The position numbers were made by a program, and so were the translations under genes. A model generated the notes under the pieces. The model was not told where the DNA came from. It did no database searches and was given only the letters and a program-made list of their open reading frames with translations. A stretch of DNA of 35,093 bases from Pseudomonadota bacterium (lineage in GTDB: Bacteria > Pseudomonadota > Alphaproteobacteria > MED-G09). Location of the stretch: contig JAYZKD010000048.1 of the NCBI GenBank assembly GCA_036163815.1, positions 1 to 35,093 of the forward strand, given 5' to 3'. Below, in pieces: positions 23,362 to 34,820 of this stretch (position 1 is its first letter; every line of letters begins with the position of its first letter).

Positions 23362-24138
23362 ATGACAGAAAAAAATGTTTTAACAAAAACAAAAGGAACT
23401 ATAATTCTAGCTACACTTAATAGACCTGAAGCTCTTAATGCGCTTAATGATGAATTAATGGATGAGCTTTCATCAGTTGTAAATAAATATGAGGAAAATC
23501 CTGATCTTAAGTGCCTAGTTCTTACTGGATCTGAAAAAGCTTTTGCCGCAGGTGCAGATATTAAAGAAATGCAACCTAAATCTTATATGGATGTTTATAA
23601 AGAGGATTTTATAACAAGGAATTGGGAAAGAGTTTCAAGATGTAGGAAGCCAACTATTGCGGCTGTTTCTGGTTATGCATTGGGAGGTGGATGTGAGTTA
23701 GCAATGATGTGCGATTTTATAATTGCATCAAATTCAGCTAAATTTGGACAACCAGAGATTAATCTTGGTGTAAGTCCTGGCGCAGGAGGGACTCAAAGAC
23801 TTACTAGATTTATAGGTAAATCCAAATCAATGGATATGTGTTTGACTGGTCGAATGATGGATGCCAAAGAGGCAGAAAGTATTGGCTTAGTTAGTCGTAT
23901 TTTGGAAGAAGAAGGTTTTATCAATAATGTTATGGATATTGCACAACAAATTGCCGATAAATCTTTAATTGCAACAATGATGACAAAAGAGAGTGTTAAT
24001 AGATCTTATGAAACTACGCTTTCTGAAGGAGTTAGGTTTGAAAGGAGATTATTTCATTCAATGTTTGCCACAGAAGATAAGACTGAAGGAATGGCTGCAT
24101 TTATAGATAAGAGGAAACCTAATTTTAAAGATGAATAA
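23362..24138 (+). CDS. Enoyl-CoA hydratase (crotonase family)
   Basis: AFAAGADIKEM, ALGGGCELAMMCD, FGQPE and PGAGGTQRL motifs; usual alphaproteobacterial position between mutM and rpsT. Confidence 0.94.
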   Translation: MTEKNVLTKTKGTIILATLNRPEALNALNDELMDELSSVVNKYEENPDLKCLVLTGSEKAFAAGADIKEMQPKSYMDVYKEDFITRNWERVSRCRKPTIAAVSGYALGGGCELAMMCDFIIASNSAKFGQPEINLGVSPGAGGTQRLTRFIGKSKSMDMCLTGRMMDAKEAESIGLVSRILEEEGFINNVMDIAQQIADKSLIATMMTKESVNRSYETTLSEGVRFERRLFHSMFATEDKTEGMAAFIDKRKPNFKDE

Positions 24139-24146
24139 CTGAGTAC

Positions 24147-24175
24147 TTGACGCTTTATTATTAAGCAAATATAAA
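24147..24175 (+). promoter_or_regulatory. sigma70 promoter of rpsT
   Basis: TTGACG (24147-24152), 17-bp spacer, TATAAA (24170-24175). Confidence 0.75.
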
Positions 24176-24203
24176 ACCTACCAATATAACAAAAGGTTAT
24201 TTT

Positions 24204-24467
24204 ATGGCTAATTTATCTTCTTCCAAAAAAATGGTAAGAAAAATAATTAAAAGGACTGAAAGAAACAAGTCTTTGAAAACTAATGTAAGAACTTATATTA
24301 GAAGATTTGAGGAAGCAATCGATGCCGGTAAAATTAATGAAGCGCAAGATGCTTTAAAAATTGTCCAACCTAAACTAATGAAACTTGCACAAAAAGGTAT
24401 TTTACATAAAAAAAATGCTTCAAGAAAAATTTCCAGACTTCAAAAGAAATTAAAATCCTTAAATTAA
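24204..24467 (+). CDS. rpsT: 30S ribosomal protein S20
   Basis: MANLSSSKK and KGILHKKNASRKISRL motifs; directly upstream of dnaA. Confidence 0.96.
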   Translation: MANLSSSKKMVRKIIKRTERNKSLKTNVRTYIRRFEEAIDAGKINEAQDALKIVQPKLMKLAQKGILHKKNASRKISRLQKKLKSLN

Positions 24468-24522
24468 TAATTAAGTCTACAAAAAAAAATTTAAATTTAT
24501 TTATATTTTTTGATGAATCATG

Positions 24523-24551
24523 TTGCATCATCCTCAAGTCGAGGCTAGTCT
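24523..24551 (+). promoter_or_regulatory. Candidate dnaA promoter
   Basis: TTGCAT (24523-24528), 17-bp spacer, TAGTCT (24546-24551), within a GC-richer patch of an AT-rich spacer. Confidence 0.55.
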
Positions 24552-24623
24552 AATTTATAATTTTTTTTCTTTAAAAAATTTTAAAATCATTTGGTACTTA
24601 TACCAGATTTAAGGGCGATCAAA

Positions 24624-26033
24624 TTGGAAGAAAATACATCTTATCAAAATCAGTTTAAAGAATGTTGGCAACGTTCTCTATCTGTATTAAGAGCAGAGAT
24701 TGGTGAAGCTACATTTAAGAGTTGGTTTAAGAATATTCAATTTGGAGAGTTTAAAAATAGTCAATTATATTTGTATGTTCCAACGAGGTTTATGCGAGAT
24801 TGGATTGACAGTCATTATGCAGAAAGAATATTAACTTTACTGCTGAGAGAATCTAAAGAAATAAAATCAGTTGTTATTGAAGTTTCTTCTATAAATATAA
24901 AGGATAAACAAACAGATAGTGAAAATGTTTCTCAAGTAAACAATAATGTTTCTTTAAAAAATTCAGAAAAAGGGCTATTAGATCATAATTCTTCTGTTGG
25001 CGCCCCTTTAGATGAAAAGCTTTCCTTTAAGAATTTTGTTGTTGGTCCTTCAAATGAACTTGCTTATGCTGCAGCTAGAAGAATAACTGAATCAAGAAAT
25101 GTATCATTCAATCCCTTATTCCTATATGGTGGTGTTGGCCTTGGTAAAACGCATCTATTACACGCAATGGCACTTGAAATTAACAAAAATTGGCCCGAGA
25201 GGAAGGTCCTATATTTATCGGCCGAAAAGTTTATGTATCAATTTATTAAGGCCCTAAGATTTAAAGATACCATGGCATTTAAACAACAATTTAGATCCGT
25301 TGATGTATTAATGATAGACGACATACAATTTATTGCTGGAAAGGATTCTACTCAGGAAGAATTTTTTCATACTTTCAATACTCTAGTTGATCATAATCAT
25401 CAGGTGATTATATCAGCTGATAGATCGCCTGTTGATTTGGATGGGATTGAAGAAAGAATTCGATCTCGTTTAGGTTGGGGGTTGGTTGCGGATATTCATC
25501 CTTCGGATTATGAGTTAAGATTGGGTATTTTGCAGTCTAAAGCAGAATCTCATATTAATGAAAACTCTGAAATTATAATTCCTGATAATCTGTTAGAATT
25601 TTTAGCACAAAGAATTGACTCAAATATAAGGGTTTTAGAAGGAGCTCTAAACAGAGTTATAGCTTATTCCTCTTTTGCAAATAGACCATTAAGTATTGAC
25701 ATGGCTAAGGAGGTTTTAAAAGATCTTATCAGGGCTTCACAAAGAAAAATTACAATCGATGATATTCAACGAAAGGTCGCAGATTATTATAATCTTAGAC
25801 TATCTGATTTACTCTCAGCGAGAAGGTCACGAACAATTGCCAGACCAAGACAAATTGCTATGTATTTATCCAAGATTTTGACTACTCGTTCTTTACCTGA
25901 AATAGGTAGAAAATTTGGCGGCAGGGATCATACTACTGTTATTCATGCAGTAAAAAAAGTTGAAGATTTAAGGGTAAATGATGTTGCAATTGATGAAGAA
26001 GTAGAAGTTCTTCGACGTTCCCTCGAAAATTGA
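24624..26033 (+). CDS. dnaA: Chromosomal replication initiator DnaA
   Basis: GGVGLGKTH, MIDDIQF, TQEEFFHTFN and FGGRDHTTV motifs. The TTG at 24624 after AAGGG is preferred; the TTG at 24591 is the alternative. Confidence 0.97.
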   Translation: MEENTSYQNQFKECWQRSLSVLRAEIGEATFKSWFKNIQFGEFKNSQLYLYVPTRFMRDWIDSHYAERILTLLLRESKEIKSVVIEVSSINIKDKQTDSENVSQVNNNVSLKNSEKGLLDHNSSVGAPLDEKLSFKNFVVGPSNELAYAAARRITESRNVSFNPLFLYGGVGLGKTHLLHAMALEINKNWPERKVLYLSAEKFMYQFIKALRFKDTMAFKQQFRSVDVLMIDDIQFIAGKDSTQEEFFHTFNTLVDHNHQVIISADRSPVDLDGIEERIRSRLGWGLVADIHPSDYELRLGILQSKAESHINENSEIIIPDNLLEFLAQRIDSNIRVLEGALNRVIAYSSFANRPLSIDMAKEVLKDLIRASQRKITIDDIQRKVADYYNLRLSDLLSARRSRTIARPRQIAMYLSKILTTRSLPEIGRKFGGRDHTTVIHAVKKVEDLRVNDVAIDEEVEVLRRSLEN

Positions 26034-26059
26034 TTCTTAAGTGATTTTTCTCAGTTTTC

Positions 26060-26068
26060 TGCTATAAT
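26060..26068 (+). promoter_or_regulatory. Extended -10 promoter element upstream of dnaN
   Basis: TGCTATAAT, matching TGnTATAAT, in the dnaA-dnaN spacer. Confidence 0.5.
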
Positions 26069-26129
26069 TTAGAAGTGATTCGTAAATTAATTTAGTTTAA
26101 TTACTATAATAATAAGGAGTATTAAATTT

Positions 26130-27236
26130 ATGAAGATATCAATTGAACGAGATATTCTTCTTAAAAGTCTTAACCATGTACAAAGTGTAGTAGAGAGAAG
26201 GAATACTATTCCGATTTTATCTAATGTTAAAATTATTGCTGATGATAATGGGATAACACTAACTGCTACGGATCTAGACTTAGAAATTATTGAAAAACTA
26301 GAAAAGGCAAACACTTTAGAGGGTGGCGCGATAACAACTTCTGCCCATACACTTTATGATATTGTAAGAAAATTACCCGAAGAATCTTCTGTTGATATCT
26401 CTACTAAAGAAAACGAAAAACTAGATCTTTCATGTGGGCAATCTAATTTTGAGTTATCAACATTGCCTATTGAAGACTTTCCTGAGATGTCTGCAGGTGA
26501 AATGCCCTGTAATTTTATTATAGATTCGGAAGAATTAGCAAATATGATAGACAAATCTAAATTTGCAATCTCAACTGAAGAAACAAGATATTATTTAAAT
26601 GGTATTTTTTTTCATGCTATTAATGATGAATTAAGAGGTGTAGCAACTGATGGGCATAGATTAGCATGCATTAAGTCTAAACTACCTTCAGGTGCTGATG
26701 ACATACCAAGTATAATAATCCCAAGAAAGACAATTGGTGAAGTAAGAAAGCTAATTGAGGATATTGAAGGAAATATAAATTTATATGTTTCTGATACAAA
26801 AATTAGATTTGAAGTAACAAATATTTCTTTAACTTCTAAACTAATAGATGGAACCTTTCCAGATTATGAAAGAGTAATACCTAAAACAAATTCTAAAACC
26901 ATGGAAGTTAAAACAAAAGATTTCTCTTCTTCAATTGATAGAGTTGCAACAATCTCTTCTGATAAATCTAAAGCAGTAAAATTTGCTTTAGATAATAATT
27001 CTTTAACCTTGACAGTGACTAACCCAGATGCAGGAACTGCAGTGGAAAAAGTCGATGTTATATATGAATCTGAAGATTTAGAGGTTGGGTTTAATGCTAG
27101 ATATTTATTGGATGTTGCTAGTCAAATTGATGGTGATACGATGACTTTTAATCTAGAAGATCCCGGAGCCCCAGCATTAATTAAAGATTCTGCCCATGAA
27201 AATACAACTTATGTATTAATGCCAATGAGGGTTTAA
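26130..27236 (+). CDS. dnaN: DNA polymerase III beta clamp
   Basis: VERRNTIPILSNV, EETRYYLNG, ATDGHRL and YVLMPMRV motifs. Confidence 0.98.
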   Translation: MKISIERDILLKSLNHVQSVVERRNTIPILSNVKIIADDNGITLTATDLDLEIIEKLEKANTLEGGAITTSAHTLYDIVRKLPEESSVDISTKENEKLDLSCGQSNFELSTLPIEDFPEMSAGEMPCNFIIDSEELANMIDKSKFAISTEETRYYLNGIFFHAINDELRGVATDGHRLACIKSKLPSGADDIPSIIIPRKTIGEVRKLIEDIEGNINLYVSDTKIRFEVTNISLTSKLIDGTFPDYERVIPKTNSKTMEVKTKDFSSSIDRVATISSDKSKAVKFALDNNSLTLTVTNPDAGTAVEKVDVIYESEDLEVGFNARYLLDVASQIDGDTMTFNLEDPGAPALIKDSAHENTTYVLMPMRV

Positions 27237-27255
27237 TTAAAAGGTCTTTTAAAGA

Positions 27256-28398
27256 GTGTCTCAAGATATAAATATAGAAATCACAAAGAAAGATAAATCC
27301 TGTGATCAAATAAAATCTATTAAAATTATCAATTTTCGGTCTTATGAGGATTTCAGTTTAGATTTTTCTGGAAAACCTGTTGCAATGATTGGTGACAATG
27401 GAATTGGAAAAACAAATATTCTAGAAGCAATTTCATTATTTTCGCCTGGAAGAGGAATAAGAAATGCTAGTTTTTCAGAAATGATTAAAGATAATAATTC
27501 TAAACCATGGGGGATAAGCTCGGATGTTTTATCCGATGATAAAAAATTTAAGATATCATCAGGAATTAAAGAGCATCTTAAAGGTAGGGATATTAAGGTT
27601 AATGAAAAAAAAGTTTCCGGATCTAGTGTTTTACCAGAAATTATTCTGATTTCCTGGTTAACCCCATCTATGGATCAAATATTTAATGAAACACCTTCAT
27701 ATAGAAGGAAATTTATTGATCGCTTATGCGCTGTCTATGAAAAGGATCATACTAAAAATCTTAAAATGTATGAAAAACTTATGAGAGAAAGAAATTTATC
27801 CTTTAAAAATGAAAGAATTGATAATGTATGGTTAGAAGCCATCGAATATCAAATGGCAAATATATCTATCTTAATAGCTGAGACAAGATTAATATTCATA
27901 AGTAATCTTAATAAAATATTAGAATCTAATCTTCATAGTGCTTGGCCAAAAGCATATTTAGAACTTTCAGGTTTTGTTGAGGATTTAGTTGCATCATGGA
28001 ATGAAGAAAAAGCCAAAAGAATTCTTTGTGAGACATTAAGAAATAATAGAGAAAAAGATTATCTTTCAAAAAGAACAAATAAAGGAGTCCATATAAGCGA
28101 TTTAATCGTTACTGAGAGAAATAAGAAAATTGAAGCTAAGAAATGTTCTACGGGTGAACAAAAATCTTTATTAATGGGAATAGTATTATCACATCTAGAG
28201 TTGGTATCTAATTTAACTAGTAGATATCCTGTTTTATTATTAGACGAAGTGTTGGCACATTTTGATAAAATTAGAAGACAATCATTCTTTGAACAGATTC
28301 TCGATATTGGTTCACAAATTATGATGACAGGAACAGATATTTCAATTTTTGAAAATTTAGACGATTTAGAAATTATTCATATGAATGAAATAAATTAA
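27256..28398 (+). CDS. recF: DNA replication/repair protein RecF
   Basis: NFRSY, Walker A GDNGIGKTN, STGEQK and Walker B LLLDE; lies between dnaN and gyrB. Confidence 0.94.
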   Translation: MSQDINIEITKKDKSCDQIKSIKIINFRSYEDFSLDFSGKPVAMIGDNGIGKTNILEAISLFSPGRGIRNASFSEMIKDNNSKPWGISSDVLSDDKKFKISSGIKEHLKGRDIKVNEKKVSGSSVLPEIILISWLTPSMDQIFNETPSYRRKFIDRLCAVYEKDHTKNLKMYEKLMRERNLSFKNERIDNVWLEAIEYQMANISILIAETRLIFISNLNKILESNLHSAWPKAYLELSGFVEDLVASWNEEKAKRILCETLRNNREKDYLSKRTNKGVHISDLIVTERNKKIEAKKCSTGEQKSLLMGIVLSHLELVSNLTSRYPVLLLDEVLAHFDKIRRQSFFEQILDIGSQIMMTGTDISIFENLDDLEIIHMNEIN

Positions 28399-30909
<2,511 letters not shown>

Positions 30910-31548
30910 TTACAATTTGAGGTTGGGTACAATTTTAGTTAATTTATCAATTATTTCTTCAGCTTGAGTATTGGGTTTAATGAAATCGATAAATTCTCCA
31001 TTTTTGTTAGCAATAAATATTATATCAAGATGATTTACAGTGTAGTTATCGGGCATATCAGAATTTTCTTCTTTCTTGTAGTAGACTTTCCAGTCAGAAG
31101 TTACTTTTTTGATATCTAAGGACGATCCCGTTAAACCAATAATTTTCTCATGAAATGCGGAAACATAATTTGAAAGAATTTCTTCATTATCTCTTTCAGG
31201 GTCAACTGTAATAAATAGAGGAGTTACGAGATTATCAATATTATTAACTTTAAGGAGTTCCAGAACATTCGCCATAGTTAACAAAGTCGTTGGGCAGACA
31301 TCTGGGCAAAAAGTGAATCCAAAATATATTAATTTTATTTTTTCATCTTCTTCTGAATTATAAATTTTACCATTATGTGTTTTAAGTGTGAAATGACCCC
31401 CAGGTATCCCATCTTGATTTTCCACCTGTGTAACCACTTGATCCTGATGATAATTTCGGTTTGAGGAAATGAAAAATGTACCAAATCCATATAATATTAA
31501 AGAAACTAATCCCGCAGTTAACAAAATTAAAAGATATTTCTGAAACAT
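30910..31548 (-). CDS. SCO1/SenC family copper chaperone
   Basis: N-terminal TM, YFGFTFCPDVCP (CxxxC), ITVDPERD and a conserved His in YTVNH. Confidence 0.93.
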   Translation of the reverse strand: MFQKYLLILLTAGLVSLILYGFGTFFISSNRNYHQDQVVTQVENQDGIPGGHFTLKTHNGKIYNSEEDEKIKLIYFGFTFCPDVCPTTLLTMANVLELLKVNNIDNLVTPLFITVDPERDNEEILSNYVSAFHEKIIGLTGSSLDIKKVTSDWKVYYKKEENSDMPDNYTVNHLDIIFIANKNGEFIDFIKPNTQAEEIIDKLTKIVPNLKL

Positions 31549-31606
31549 GTATATAGGTGTATAATAAGACCTAATAAAAATCTATAAAATTAATAAGTCT
31601 TAAAAA

Positions 31607-32212
31607 ATGGAAAGAAAGATAAACATAAAGCTTCATATAAAATTAATTTTTCTATTTATTCTATTGACCATTCAGCCAATTTATAAAGCCCATGGTCAAT
31701 ATGGAAATAGTTTAAATAACAGTCCTTTTAAAGAAGGGGCGCTTGTCACAGCTGTTAAAACTGGAAGATTACAGGATTTAGTAGCAGCACTTAATTCAGG
31801 CGCATCAATTAATGAGAAAGATTTTGACGAAGTTCCCGCTTTGTTGTTGGCTATAGAAAGATCTAGAGTAGATATGGCATTATATTTATTAAAACAAGGG
31901 GCAAGGGTTAATATAAAAGATCAGGAGAATAGAACAGCCTTATCTTTAGCTGTCTTTAGAAATGACCCTAATTTAATTAAGACATTAATTAGCTATGGTG
32001 CCGATCCAAATAAATTAGGGCCAAATAGACAAACTCCATTAATTATTGCCTCTAGAGAAGGGAAATATAACTCAGTAAAAGCCTTAATAGAGGGTGGGGC
32101 TTACCCTGATGATACTGATTTAACTGGTAGGACTGCGCTAGATTGGGCAAAGATAAAAAGATTTAAAAGGATTGAAGATCTTTTAATAGAGAATGGGGCT
32201 TATAGTAATTAA
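31607..32212 (+). CDS. Exported ankyrin-repeat protein
   Basis: Signal-peptide-like N-terminus and about 4-5 repeats of T(A/P)L..A ... LL..GA.(V/P)N. Confidence 0.88.
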   Translation: MERKINIKLHIKLIFLFILLTIQPIYKAHGQYGNSLNNSPFKEGALVTAVKTGRLQDLVAALNSGASINEKDFDEVPALLLAIERSRVDMALYLLKQGARVNIKDQENRTALSLAVFRNDPNLIKTLISYGADPNKLGPNRQTPLIIASREGKYNSVKALIEGGAYPDDTDLTGRTALDWAKIKRFKRIEDLLIENGAYSN

Positions 32213-32233
32213 CATCTTATTCATGGAGTTTGA

Positions 32234-33619
32234 ATGGGCTTATTATACAAGAAAAGTGCTTCAGAATTAGCAAATTTGATTAGTAAAAAAGAAGTATCAA
32301 GCAAAGAGGTTGTTGAGGCTCATTTAAATAGAATTTCTGAGGTAAATCCTCATATAAATGCAATTACTATTACTTTAGAAAAGTCTTCATTAGAAGCAGC
32401 TAATGTTGCAGATAATGCTTCAGATGAAGATCGTGAGAGACCATTACATGGCGTTCCCTTCACTGTTAAAGAAAATATAGATTTGAAAGGGACTCCTACA
32501 ACTCAAGGGTTACCAATTTTAGCTGAAGCTATGCCCCCTAGTAATGCTCCAATTGTTGATAGAATGATTCAGGCCGGAGCAATTCCAATTGCTCGAACAA
32601 ATTTACCGGAATTGGGTTTACGACTCGATACAGATAATCCATTGCGTGGAAGAACTAAAAATCCTTGGAACCCAAATTTAACTCCTGGTGGATCAAGTGG
32701 TGGAGAAGCTGCTGCAATCGCTACGGGTATGACCCCTTTTGGATTAGGAAATGATATTGGTGGGTCGCTTCGGAATCCAGCTTATTGTTGTGGCATTGCT
32801 TCATTAAAACCATCTGTTGGTAGGATTCCATTTGTAATGTCTATGGAACCAAAGGATATAGGTATTGCTCGATCTTTTTTAAGTGATGGACCAATGGCTA
32901 GGTCAGTTAATGATCTTAAAATAGGGTTATCCATCTTGTCGGGAAGGCACATTTCTGATCCTTCTTCGGTTGATGTTCCATTAAATGGCCCTATCCCAAA
33001 GAAACCTAAAGCAGCAATTGTAAAAAACATATCCGGATTTGATATTGCTCAAGCTACTATAGAGGAATTAGAAAGAGCTAAGGAAATATTATCTGATACA
33101 GGTTGGATAGTAGAAGAAGTTGAAGTCCCTGAGTTAGATCGTGTCTTTGAAGTTTGGGCTAGTATATTGAATGCTGGATTTGTCCAAGCTCCACCTAAGG
33201 AAGTATTTAAGAAGGAAACTGCAGATTATTTAAAGCGATTAGAAGGAGAGCTAGTTGAGAATATTATACCTTTAGGTGAAGCTTTGATCGAAAGACAAAG
33301 ATTAAGAAGGTTATGGTCAAAATTTTTAAATAAATACTCAGTATGTATTGGTCCTACCTGGACAAATCTGCCTTGGCCGATAGATACAGATCTAGATCCA
33401 GATATTGGTATAAATACTACAAAAAAGAGTTTTGCTTTTATTGTTCCAGGAAATTGTCTTGGTCTTCCCTCTGTAGCTTTACCTATGGGGGTTTCAGATG
33501 GACTACCCACGGGTATTCAAGTTTATTCAGAATTATATAGAGAGGATCTTTGTTTCTTAGCTGCAGAAATCATTGAAAAAGAATCTGTGTGTCCTACACC
33601 AATAGATCCAATTGTATAA
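32234..33619 (+). CDS. Amidase-signature family hydrolase
   Basis: GVPFTVKENI (Lys), GGSSGGEAAA (cis-Ser) and GNDIGGSLRNPA (nucleophile Ser). No adjacent gatC or gatB, so probably not GatA. Confidence 0.92.
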   Translation: MGLLYKKSASELANLISKKEVSSKEVVEAHLNRISEVNPHINAITITLEKSSLEAANVADNASDEDRERPLHGVPFTVKENIDLKGTPTTQGLPILAEAMPPSNAPIVDRMIQAGAIPIARTNLPELGLRLDTDNPLRGRTKNPWNPNLTPGGSSGGEAAAIATGMTPFGLGNDIGGSLRNPAYCCGIASLKPSVGRIPFVMSMEPKDIGIARSFLSDGPMARSVNDLKIGLSILSGRHISDPSSVDVPLNGPIPKKPKAAIVKNISGFDIAQATIEELERAKEILSDTGWIVEEVEVPELDRVFEVWASILNAGFVQAPPKEVFKKETADYLKRLEGELVENIIPLGEALIERQRLRRLWSKFLNKYSVCIGPTWTNLPWPIDTDLDPDIGINTTKKSFAFIVPGNCLGLPSVALPMGVSDGLPTGIQVYSELYREDLCFLAAEIIEKESVCPTPIDPIV

Positions 33620-33628
33620 GAAAATTAT

Positions 33629-34744
33629 TTATTCTGCTGCAATACTTCTTTTAGGGTTTTTGAAGTTAATTTCTTTAAGATATTCTAGACCTTCATCAGC
33701 AATGTCATCTCCAATCATTCTATCACCCTCTGCTCTTAGTTCGTCTAAATTCACATAAACTGAGTAAAAATCTTTTGTTCTATCAGTAATAATACCAGCC
33801 TTTAGGAGGGTTTTAACAAGGACTCGAAATATATCTGTAGATTCGCTCATAGCTTCTCTACGTGCGTCGTCAGTAATAATTTCATGTAACTCATCAAGTA
33901 CTTGTTTCCAATCAAGATCAAATTGCTTATAAATAATTTTTTTCTGTTCTGGGTTTACAAGATTAAATAGAAGGATTTGAAAGCAATTTGCCGCCCAATC
34001 TTCAATAATATTTTGTTCTTTCTCATCTAGTTTTGGGATTGTCTTATCAGCCCAAATTTTTCCGAATTTATGATGAAAGGCTTCGTCAGTCATTACTAAT
34101 TGCATTAGTTTCACTAAAACTGGATCATTTGAATGTTGATAAATAGTTGCAAAAGCACCCATTGCTAATCCTTCAACGAGAATTTGCATTCCAACAATTT
34201 TTTTATAAACTTCTGGTGCATTTACCAACTCAGCTAAAAGATCGCCTAATGTTTGACCGATAGGAAGGGGTTTACCCCAACGTGATTTGATATATTTGGC
34301 AAATCCAGTTACATGTCTAGCTTCTTCACGAGTTTGATTTGCTGCATATTCTTGAGCTCCTTGATCTTTTAGAATATGACAAAGACTTGCGGATAAATTA
34401 AGAGCACCCTGTTCACCGTGCAGAATAGAAGACATTTGCCATCTAAAACTTTCATTTGCTAGTTTTATTTTAGATTTTTCATCTAATTTCATAACGGAGG
34501 GACACTGAAGTTCAGGAAGAAATTCTTCAGGCATAAGACGTTTATTTTCGACATCAAAATTTTCTGAAAAATCAATATATTTTGTATCTAATGGATCCCA
34601 AAAATGATCATGAGTGGCGGAGATAATTTTATCAAAATCATTTGATCTATTTCCATAACGATCAACTTCCAGCATGGAAGCAAAATCATCTGGTGCCACG
34701 GCTTCATAAACTTCATTCTTTGTTATTTGATCCGATTTACTCAA
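33629..34744 (-). CDS. Ferritin-like diiron-carboxylate protein (AurF/R2-like fold), function unknown
   Basis: Ligand pattern HGE ... EEARH ... VEG ... DEAFH (two ExxH motifs); TTG start with strong SD AAGGAG. Confidence 0.8.
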   Translation of the reverse strand: MSKSDQITKNEVYEAVAPDDFASMLEVDRYGNRSNDFDKIISATHDHFWDPLDTKYIDFSENFDVENKRLMPEEFLPELQCPSVMKLDEKSKIKLANESFRWQMSSILHGEQGALNLSASLCHILKDQGAQEYAANQTREEARHVTGFAKYIKSRWGKPLPIGQTLGDLLAELVNAPEVYKKIVGMQILVEGLAMGAFATIYQHSNDPVLVKLMQLVMTDEAFHHKFGKIWADKTIPKLDEKEQNIIEDWAANCFQILLFNLVNPEQKKIIYKQFDLDWKQVLDELHEIITDDARREAMSESTDIFRVLVKTLLKAGIITDRTKDFYSVYVNLDELRAEGDRMIGDDIADEGLEYLKEINFKNPKRSIAAE

Positions 34745-34820
34745 TTTAGCTCTCCTTATTTAGCAAACTCTTATAAATTATACCTATGATAAATATTAAA
34801 AAAATTCAAGTATTTATAAG

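Noticed and set aside
26087-26100. TTAA-N6-TTAA upstream of dnaN as a CtrA box
   Set aside because: The spacing is 6 rather than 7, and TTAA is ubiquitous in this AT-rich DNA.
32234-33619. Amidase as gatA
   Set aside because: No gatC or gatB neighbours, and it has DIGGSLRNPA rather than the GatA-typical DTGGSIRQPA.
34744-34764. GCTAAAT direct repeat flanking the SD of the diiron gene (minus strand)
   Set aside because: Two 7-mers only; plausible by chance without conservation data.
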